Part shown: positions 57,340 to 64,000 of the stretch, in pieces
How the letters are laid out: each line of letters begins with the position of its first letter
Position numbering within the stretch: the first letter of the stretch is position 1
Source of the DNA: an uncultured delta proteobacterium
Lineage (GTDB): Bacteria; Desulfobacterota; Syntrophorhabdia; Syntrophorhabdales; WCHB1-27
Assembly: GCA_963717985.1 (NCBI GenBank)
Contig: CAVQYC010000001.1
Span: forward strand, 456,712-520,711
Reading direction: 5' to 3'
Length of the DNA stretch: 64,000 bases
Program-made: the position numbers and the translations under genes
The notes under the pieces: generated by a model
What the model was told of the DNA's origin: nothing
The model's database searches: none
The model's input: only the letters and a program-made list of their open reading frames with translations

Positions 57340-59229
57340 CTCATCTTCTACACCAACAAATTTATTCTTCTGCAAAATTAACGACTTATAGAGACAGAAA
57401 GAGGGCGTGGCACTACAAAAGAGGTTGGGGTTACGGGATCATGCCTCATCTGACTCTGTCCTGTTTATCAGTTTCACTGTAGAGGGGACGGCGACGCCCG
57501 CTGCCTGGAACACCTTGCCCGTGTCACCCCTGAGTTCCGTTCTGATGATCACGTTTTTCCCGACAGCCGACACTTCTATTTCCTTGAGATGATCGAGATC
57601 ACGGATCAGCCTGTCCCATTCGAGCTTCCAGCCTTTCTTCGCAAGCCTGGTCTTGAGCTCTTTCATGAGGATAAGCGCCAGGAAGCTGCAAAAGACATGA
57701 CCTCTTATCGTCTCGGTCCTCTTGTGGAAGATGGGCCGTGTGTTGAGCACGGATTTCATCGTCCTGAACGCCTGCTCCACCATCCAGAGGTTTTTGTACT
57801 GTCTTGCCACGTGCTCCGGTTTAAGGGACGTGTTCGTGGCGAGCACCCACTTGCCGTCGTAGCGCGCCTCATCGGCAATCTTGTCGTTGTCGATCGTCAC
57901 TGCATTCCTCTCCATCCTGACGTACTTCCTATAGCCTTTATTCCCGATGAGGCCTTTCGTCCCCTTCGTCAGGCGCTCTTCGAGCGCCGCGACTATGGCC
58001 TGCCTATCATGAGCATCTTTCTTCGCCTGGTCTTCATTGACGCAGACGATATAACGCTTGCCTCCGTGCAGGACTTCCTTTACCTTCAGGTTCTCTTCCA
58101 CCTCATGATAGCGTCCGGCTCTGGAGAGAACATCTGTTCCTATCTCCTTTTGGCTTCTCATCCTGACGCCCAGGATATAGTCGATGTGGTTTCTTTCGAG
58201 TTCGGCGATTGTTTCCCTGCTTATCATCCCCCTGTCGGCGACTATGCATATCCTGCCTATGCCGAAGCGCTTTTGCAGTCGTGTGACGACGGGGAGAAGG
58301 GTCTTTACGTCGGCCGTGTTGCCGGGCCACATCTCGGAGCAGAGGGGAGTGCCTGATCGGTCCAAGACGACGCCGACCACCATCTGCAACAGATCAGGCC
58401 GGCTGTCCTTCGAGTTACCATACTCCCCCAAGTAATCCCCCTCGCCCTCGAAGTAGATGCTCGTCGTATCGAAGAAGGCAAGGGTGAGGTCGGCAAAGAG
58501 ATCCTTTCTTTTCTCGAAGAGCTTCTCCTCCACGATGTCCTTCACACAGCGGGGCGAGAAGGGCGTAGCGTCTGTTTGATCCGGAAGAGGTTCACCGAGC
58601 CATGCCATCGCCCGGTAGAGATGGTGAAGAGCGATATCTTCTGTCCCTTCTATCCGGTAGTCCTTCTGCCATTCGTCGCAGGAGCGGTCGGAACCGGTTT
58701 CTGTGAGACGGTGGAGCACTGTAAGAAAAAGGGCTCTTTCGAGGGGAAACTGGAACTGGCGGCGGGCAAGAAGATCATCGAGAACTTCCCGTATGCCGAG
58801 TTCGTTCCAGAGACGACCGAAGATAAGCAGTATGCCTATCTTCGTATCTTTCGCCGGAGATGCCTCCCCCTTCTCATAGGCATCCAGAAGGGCGAGTCTT
58901 TCAGAGAACCGGGCGCCCGAACGGAGGAGGCTGTCAATGGCACCGCTTTCTTTAAGGAGATCGGTCCGGCCGATGGTTCCGATGACCTCCTGTTTCACCT
59001 TTCCTTCATCCCTTCGATTGCGGACGATCTGGAGATACTCCCGGGGTCCCGACTTCTTGGTTCTGAAGAACATATCACCACTATACTAAATACTATTATC
59101 CTACCTGTCAAGCAAATAGTGGTAATAACGTGGCACTACGGAAAGGGCCGTTTTTCAGATTATTGCCCGAAAACCCGCATAAATACGTGGGTCGATTGGC
59201 AAAAATGGGGGAAAACTGTAGAAGATGAG
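57340..59229 (-). mobile_element. IS1634-family element, 1890 bp
   Basis: 13 bp TIR CTCATCTTCTACA; 5 bp target duplication GCAAA at 57335-57339 and 59230-59234. Confidence 0.92.
57439..59073 (-). CDS. IS1634-family transposase
   Basis: YLQIVRN.R..GKVKQ.V...GR, FFDTTSIYFEG, GNSKDSRPDL.Q, VADRG, YKNLWMVEQAFR. Confidence 0.93.
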   Translation of the reverse strand: MFFRTKKSGPREYLQIVRNRRDEGKVKQEVIGTIGRTDLLKESGAIDSLLRSGARFSERLALLDAYEKGEASPAKDTKIGILLIFGRLWNELGIREVLDDLLARRQFQFPLERALFLTVLHRLTETGSDRSCDEWQKDYRIEGTEDIALHHLYRAMAWLGEPLPDQTDATPFSPRCVKDIVEEKLFEKRKDLFADLTLAFFDTTSIYFEGEGDYLGEYGNSKDSRPDLLQMVVGVVLDRSGTPLCSEMWPGNTADVKTLLPVVTRLQKRFGIGRICIVADRGMISRETIAELERNHIDYILGVRMRSQKEIGTDVLSRAGRYHEVEENLKVKEVLHGGKRYIVCVNEDQAKKDAHDRQAIVAALEERLTKGTKGLIGNKGYRKYVRMERNAVTIDNDKIADEARYDGKWVLATNTSLKPEHVARQYKNLWMVEQAFRTMKSVLNTRPIFHKRTETIRGHVFCSFLALILMKELKTRLAKKGWKLEWDRLIRDLDHLKEIEVSAVGKNVIIRTELRGDTGKVFQAAGVAVPSTVKLINRTESDEA

Positions 59230-59453
59230 GCAAAGGTGGCGTGCATTGATGGGAGGGGGCACAGGAAACTTCCCGTAAGCCTTGTACACGCGGGGACGGT
59301 GTGCGGCTGCGAGTCTTAGAATGGGGCGTTCCAACGGAAGATTAGAATGGACGAAACCGTGAATTCACCAATGCAGGAGCCGATATGTCTGCGCTGTAGT
59401 ACAAAGAGGAAATACTTCCTCCGTGTCCGAATACTCCGTAGAAGAACTCCTGC

Positions 59454-60938
59454 TCAGCTCCACGCCATTCCGAATTCGGCAATAGCCTCTCGAAGGTGAG
59501 GCGTAGGGACCTGGCTCAGGTTGTACTTGTCGACGGGATAAAAGAAGCTATAGCCGTCCTTTACGTCGCGACGGTAGTCGTTCTCAGTGATGCGCCCACT
59601 GGCAATAGCTTTATCATAATTAGCGGTACCCGGAAGTAAGGTTGCGAAGTGCCAGCTTACGCAATCTGCCCAAGCCGCTAATTCGCGGGCGTGTTGCACG
59701 TCGTTATCGAACTCTTCCTGCGTCTGCCCAGGAAACCCGTACATCATGTAGATGTCGGTGCGAATCCCTTTGCAGCGCAACCGGCGACACAAGTCGGCGA
59801 TCTGCCCTGGGTTGATGTGCTGCCAGTCGATCTTCTTATTGAAGCGTTGGGAAAATGTTTCAACCGCGAGTGTTACAACATTGACGCCCGCAGCGGATAG
59901 GCGGTCCACAAAGCCCATATCCAGTTGATATCCTGTGGATTTCGGAAAAAACAGGTGCACAAAGAACGCATCAGGGTTATTGAGAATAAAATCCGTATCC
60001 CCCGTCTCCCGTCGGTGGTCCGCCAGCATATCAAGGAATAGGCGATCCTCGTGGTTAAACCCGAAGGTGTCTGCCTGGTTGTAGAACACGGCCACGCCGT
60101 ATTCCCGCCGAGCGCTTAGAAAATCCCGGAACATACGGTCGGCTCCCATGTGCCGGACGTTTGCGCCGTCGCGCGTCGAGGTCGGACAATATGGACACTT
60201 AAATGGACATCCCCGTGAAGCGTACAATGCAAACGTGGGCGTGTCTTCAGACAGAGATGTGGGTGCATAAACCGGGCTCTTGCGCGTCAGGCGCTCTATG
60301 TAGCGGGGCTGTCCGGTGGTGGGTAGCCGAAAGATACGGTCAAGAGCCCAAGGGCGGTCGAGTGACATCAACCGTGGGCGCAAAGGCGTCTTTGTCACCC
60401 GGCCACTGCTGTCGCGGTACATCAAACCAGCAATGTCGGATATATTGGTTGCCCCGTGATACAGCGCCTCAAGCAACTCAACAATGGATTCTTCGCCTTC
60501 GCCGACCACGACGAAGTCCGGGTTGGATTCTTCGAAGTGCCACTCCGGCCTTATGCTAGCATGGATGCCGCCTAGGATAACCGTTTTCCGTGGAAATCTG
60601 GCTTTGATGCTTCGCACAAGGCCGTCAACGACCATCTGCTCAAACGTGAACATAGATGAAATGAGAATCCACCTGGGATCAACGCCCGATATATAATCCA
60701 GGATGTCTTCATCGTTCAGTCCATATGACAAGATGTGCTTACCAATCATCCGGTGCTGCTCCCAGCCTTCGGCGGCGGCATCGATAAAGAACACCTCAAA
60801 TCCAGCGGCCTCTAAAGCCCCAAGCACCGTCGCTGCCGGAAGGCTAAAATTCGTGCGCAGCTTCTGCACTGGCTGCCCACCCTCTAAAATAGGGGTGGTC
60901 CTGCAAGGAGAGATGAAAAGGAGCCGTCTATTTATCGT
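59454..60938 (-). CDS. B12-binding domain radical SAM protein; probable start is ACG at 60938
   Basis: ILISSMF..ILGGIHAS..VVGEGE; ASRGCPFKCPYC; SD AGGAGG before ACG-ATA-AAT-AGA (MINRRLLFISP). Confidence 0.85.
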   Translation of the reverse strand, partial: TINRRLLFISPCRTTPILEGGQPVQKLRTNFSLPAATVLGALEAAGFEVFFIDAAAEGWEQHRMIGKHILSYGLNDEDILDYISGVDPRWILISSMFTFEQMVVDGLVRSIKARFPRKTVILGGIHASIRPEWHFEESNPDFVVVGEGEESIVELLEALYHGATNISDIAGLMYRDSSGRVTKTPLRPRLMSLDRPWALDRIFRLPTTGQPRYIERLTRKSPVYAPTSLSEDTPTFALYASRGCPFKCPYCPTSTRDGANVRHMGADRMFRDFLSARREYGVAVFYNQADTFGFNHEDRLFLDMLADHRRETGDTDFILNNPDAFFVHLFFPKSTGYQLDMGFVDRLSAAGVNVVTLAVETFSQRFNKKIDWQHINPGQIADLCRRLRCKGIRTDIYMMYGFPGQTQEEFDNDVQHARELAAWADCVSWHFATLLPGTANYDKAIASGRITENDYRRDVKDGYSFFYPVDKYNLSQVPTPHLREAIAEFGMAWS

Positions 60939-62017
60939 TTCGCCCCTCCTCTTTTCCCGCGAGGCCGTTTGACTCTCTGTTGACCCACCCCTGCGCTCTG
61001 TTTCACCGAGCCATTCGCGTTACCGGCATCATTGGTATCTACCGTGCCTTCCCCGCAAATCGTGGTGCTTGGCTGCTTAGAATTTAGCTCTCCCCAACGC
61101 TCACGGGAAAATTGCTCCGTTTTTGCTAACCGAGGCCCCTGGGGATTCCTATTTGCTTGCCACTTCTCGTCCGTCTTCTTCAATAACTCGTCAAGACCTT
61201 TCCGTGTTTTCGCAGCAATTCTATTGTATTTCTTTCTCAAGCATTTAGGCAACCTTGCTTTAGCCTCCTTATACTCAATTGTCCCTCTGCGCACGCTGAC
61301 TCCAGACAGACAAAGATGCCCGAGATAGAGGTAAAATCCACCTTTTATTATTAGATCAAACAATAGCCCTGCTGCCAGGATTAAACCCAAAAACAGGTAG
61401 GTAACACCATATACCATCACGTAATTGCCTGGATGGCGGCAATCAAGGTATACCACCAATATCAGGAAAACTGACCCAACAAGCATGGTAATATCCGTCA
61501 CAAGGAACTGCCCAACCTTGATCTTTGTTTGCCTATGCATGAACCAGCTCCAAATGATAGTGGTGATGTAGAACGCGGCCAAGTAGATAGGCAGGAAGTA
61601 TGGTGTGGCGACGTTTAAGCCAAGAATTTTGACGGCGCTCATCGATCCAATAAAGACGATGAAAAAGCGAATCCAGAATTCAAAAGTTGTTGCTGATGGC
61701 GACAATCGCACAAAGTAGCGATCTCGTATCCACTCGCTTTCTTCGATCATCTCAAGAGTTACGTAAATACGTAAGAAATGCACAAGCACAGCTAATGAAA
61801 ATACTGCGCTACCAATAACTGGGATAAGCTTATTCGCGAACTGATCATTTGCCGGCATCTCCCGAAAAAGAGCCAGAAAAGCCTGATCGATATTGACGTT
61901 TATCTTATTGAACACTAAATACATAATGGTTATTGCACTGTAAACGAAGACGATGAAGTACACAGCCTTGAACACAGATGCCTTAACACAGGGCGTCTTA
62001 CAAAACGTGCTCATCAC
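60932..62017 (-). CDS. Multi-pass membrane protein of unknown function
   Basis: About 6-7 hydrophobic segments then a basic tail; coupled to the ABC ATPase. Confidence 0.7.
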   Translation of the reverse strand: MMSTFCKTPCVKASVFKAVYFIVFVYSAITIMYLVFNKINVNIDQAFLALFREMPANDQFANKLIPVIGSAVFSLAVLVHFLRIYVTLEMIEESEWIRDRYFVRLSPSATTFEFWIRFFIVFIGSMSAVKILGLNVATPYFLPIYLAAFYITTIIWSWFMHRQTKIKVGQFLVTDITMLVGSVFLILVVYLDCRHPGNYVMVYGVTYLFLGLILAAGLLFDLIIKGGFYLYLGHLCLSGVSVRRGTIEYKEAKARLPKCLRKKYNRIAAKTRKGLDELLKKTDEKWQANRNPQGPRLAKTEQFSRERWGELNSKQPSTTICGEGTVDTNDAGNANGSVKQSAGVGQQRVKRPRGKRGGAKR

Positions 62018-62790
62018 CGACCCTCACATGTTCTATGCCGGCGCACGCGGTCGAGAAAAACCTTGAGGCGTGCAGAGTCAGGGCGGGAAAGTACTGTCTC
62101 CGGTTCACCCTGCTCTACGACCTTTCCCTCATTCATAAACGCGATCCTATCCGCAACCTCAGCCGCAAATTGCATTTCGTGTGTTACAACCACCATCGTC
62201 ATTCCTTCCTTTGACAGTCCAGCTATAATGTCGAGGATCTCGCTAACAATCTCCGGGTCCAGGGCCGAAGTGATCTCATCTAAAAGCAGAACCTCCGGCT
62301 CCATCATCAAGGCGCGGGCAAGAGCCACCCGTTGCTGTTGCCCGCCAGAGAGAGTTCCTGGGTATGCATCGGCCTTTTCGACGACGCCCATTCTCTCCAG
62401 CAGTTCCAATGCCTGCTTTTTAATTTCGACCTGTTCTCGGTGATGGACTAGGCGAGGTGCGAGGGTCAAATTTCCCAGAACCGTGCGGTTCGGCCAAACG
62501 TGCAGGTGTTGGAAAACCATTCCCACGCGTTGCCGATAAGCATTAACGTCGGGGTGCCGGATCGTCTGCTCGCGGCCTTCCACGCCTGCAACGAGACGAC
62601 CACCGAACTCAACCGTTCCATCATCAATCGGGTCGAGCAGAGCGATGCATCGGAGCAAAGTGGTTTTGCCACAGCCGCTAGGCCCGATGACGGCGACCGT
62701 CTCTCCCCGCTCGACCTCCAGATCGACGCCGGTCAGTGCGCGGTTGCCTTCGAACGCCTTGCAGACATTCGTGAGTCGCAGGAACGACAT
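62014..62790 (-). CDS. Polar amino acid ABC transporter ATP-binding subunit
   Basis: GPSGCGKTT, VFQH, LSGGQQQRVALARAL, LLDEITSALDPE, VTHEM. Confidence 0.95.
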   Translation of the reverse strand: MSFLRLTNVCKAFEGNRALTGVDLEVERGETVAVIGPSGCGKTTLLRCIALLDPIDDGTVEFGGRLVAGVEGREQTIRHPDVNAYRQRVGMVFQHLHVWPNRTVLGNLTLAPRLVHHREQVEIKKQALELLERMGVVEKADAYPGTLSGGQQQRVALARALMMEPEVLLLDEITSALDPEIVSEILDIIAGLSKEGMTMVVVTHEMQFAAEVADRIAFMNEGKVVEQGEPETVLSRPDSARLKVFLDRVRRHRTCEGR

Positions 62791-63455
62791 CAGGACATCC
62801 TCCATCCCTTGACTGCCTCAAGATGGCGGGTGACCAGCACCAGCGGAAGGATAAGGATTAGGTAAACGCAAGCAACCGTCGTGTAGACCTCAAGGGGCCG
62901 ATAAGTGTTCATAATGAGGTTCTGAGCCGAGTGAAGTAGTTCGTAAACCGCGATGATGGAGGCAAGGGAAGACAGCTTGAGCGTACTGATGTACATGCCC
63001 AAAAGCGGCGGAATGATCACCCGCAGGGCCTGCGGTACGGTTATCCAAGTCAGGGCCTGCAAACGGCTCATCCCCAAGACTCGTGCAGCTTCCACCTGTC
63101 CCCTTGGGACGGCCAGCAAACCAGCGCGGACAATCTCCGCGACGAATGCACTGAGACTAAAGGAGAGCACCAGTACTGCCGTCCAGAAGCCGGAAAGGTT
63201 AATGCCGAGGAATAGCGGTGCGCAGTAGTAGACCCAAACGAGCAAGACGAGCACGGGCAGAGCGAGGAACAACTCGACAAATCCCGAAACCGGCAATCGC
63301 ACCCATAGCGATTTCGATGCCCGGCCAAGTCCCAGAAGGCCACCCCCCACCGTGCCGAGGGCAATGGAAAGCACCGTGATCTGCACGGTGATCCATCCGC
63401 CCCCGATGAAGACTGCTCTATAGCGCCAGATCAAGCCAAAGTCCCAATCGTACAT
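62790..63455 (-). CDS. Polar amino acid ABC transporter permease
   Basis: FVELFLALPVLV, SAFVAEIVRAG..VPRGQVEAARVLG, LKLSSLAS. Confidence 0.93.
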   Translation of the reverse strand: MYDWDFGLIWRYRAVFIGGGWITVQITVLSIALGTVGGGLLGLGRASKSLWVRLPVSGFVELFLALPVLVLLVWVYYCAPLFLGINLSGFWTAVLVLSFSLSAFVAEIVRAGLLAVPRGQVEAARVLGMSRLQALTWITVPQALRVIIPPLLGMYISTLKLSSLASIIAVYELLHSAQNLIMNTYRPLEVYTTVACVYLILILPLVLVTRHLEAVKGWRMS

Positions 63456-63457
63456 CG

Positions 63458-64000
63458 TCAGTTCCTGGTCCAGGTTTTTTTCACGCGAAGCCACTTCGCA
63501 TCATACTTGCGATATATTTCGTCCAGTTTGCCGGTGGTGTCGAGGAAATCCAGCGCCGTATTCACGAACGTCAGTAACGGCATGTCCTCGTAGCGGACGG
63601 ACCATGCAACCGGCGTTACATTGTAGGGATTATCCGGGAATAGGTCCCGAGCCTCGGGATGCTCCGCGACAAACTTCCCTATGAACCAGGCATCTCCAAG
63701 GGCGACATCTGCGCGTCCTGTAAGCACTTCCGAGTATGTCATGGACTGATCACTCCCCGAAATCACCTTGATCTGTGCGTTCCGAAAGTTAGCTTCGGCA
63801 TACTCATGCCCCTGCTCGCCTTGCGTGACCGCCACAATAATGCCTTTCTGGTCTATGTCCTGAAGTGTCTTGAAGCGGGTCTCTTTTCTGCGCACGAGTG
63901 CGCTGTTGCCGATGTACATTTGCGGCTGTGTAAAGGCAACCACTTTGGCCCGTGGGATAGTCGAGAAGATGGGAGCTATGGAAAGATCATATTTGCCTGA
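63458..64000 (-). CDS. Polar amino acid ABC substrate-binding protein (5' end outside window)
   Basis: STIPRAKVVAFTQP, VAVTQG, V..GRADVALGD, FVNTALD..G.LDEIY.KY. Confidence 0.88.
   Translation of the reverse strand, partial: SGKYDLSIAPIFSTIPRAKVVAFTQPQMYIGNSALVRRKETRFKTLQDIDQKGIIVAVTQGEQGHEYAEANFRNAQIKVISGSDQSMTYSEVLTGRADVALGDAWFIGKFVAEHPEARDLFPDNPYNVTPVAWSVRYEDMPLLTFVNTALDFLDTTGKLDEIYRKYDAKWLRVKKTWTRN

Larger units (their letters stand above)
55725..64000. mobile_element. Element 3: island at tRNA-Arg(CCT), extends past the window
   Basis: tRNA fragment, AGGCACA direct repeats 55858-55876, shared motif, HUH Rep, IS1634; integrase and intact tRNA not in window. Confidence 0.7.

Noticed and set aside
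1-64000. CRISPR array, rRNA or intact tRNA genes
   Set aside because: No regularly spaced repeat-spacer array or rRNA seen; the only tRNA-like sequences are the tmRNA ends and att fragments

Overview
Chromosomal window from an anaerobic, selenocysteine-using bacterium, probably Desulfobacterota (inferred from gene content only). It opens with core genes selA-rluD-pgeF-ntrY-like kinase-smpB-ssrA (tmRNA). Two small integrative elements follow in tandem at the ssrA 3' end. Element 1 (~6.0-15.3 kb) carries a P4-type integrase, a MerR-HicB/HicA toxin-antitoxin pair, an RHH protein, Ig and DUF1566 proteins, AlpA, a methyltransferase-Mrr fusion and a PIN-like protein. Element 2 (~15.3-24.2 kb) carries a tyrosine integrase, an RHH protein and an HUH rolling-circle Rep, and has been hit by two copies of one IS. 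Next come a GEMM-I riboswitch upstream of a PEP-CTERM gene, then serS/GerMN/isochorismatase/tatD. A ~19 kb Wood-Ljungdahl cluster follows: fhs, folD, acsD, acsA, acsB, an internal cobalamin riboswitch, acsC, acsE, hdrC, hdrB, a large hdrA, selenocysteine mvhD, metV and metF. After it lie a sigma54 module with an acyl-CoA ligase/GNAT fusion and a pseudo-cyclase/zinc-knuckle/TPR protein. A third island starts at a tRNA-Arg(CCT) 3' fragment and runs off the window (HUH Rep, IS1634, B12 radical SAM, amino acid ABC transporter). The best novelty candidate is a GC-rich ~40 bp cis motif found four times across all three islands (38/40 identical between elements 1 and 3). It lies upstream of both Rep genes and occurs twice in the Rep-less element 1, suggesting a family of rolling-circle integrative elements with a satellite member. 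No database searches or folding programs were run. Family calls come from motifs recognised by eye, and several frameshifts may be assembly errors.
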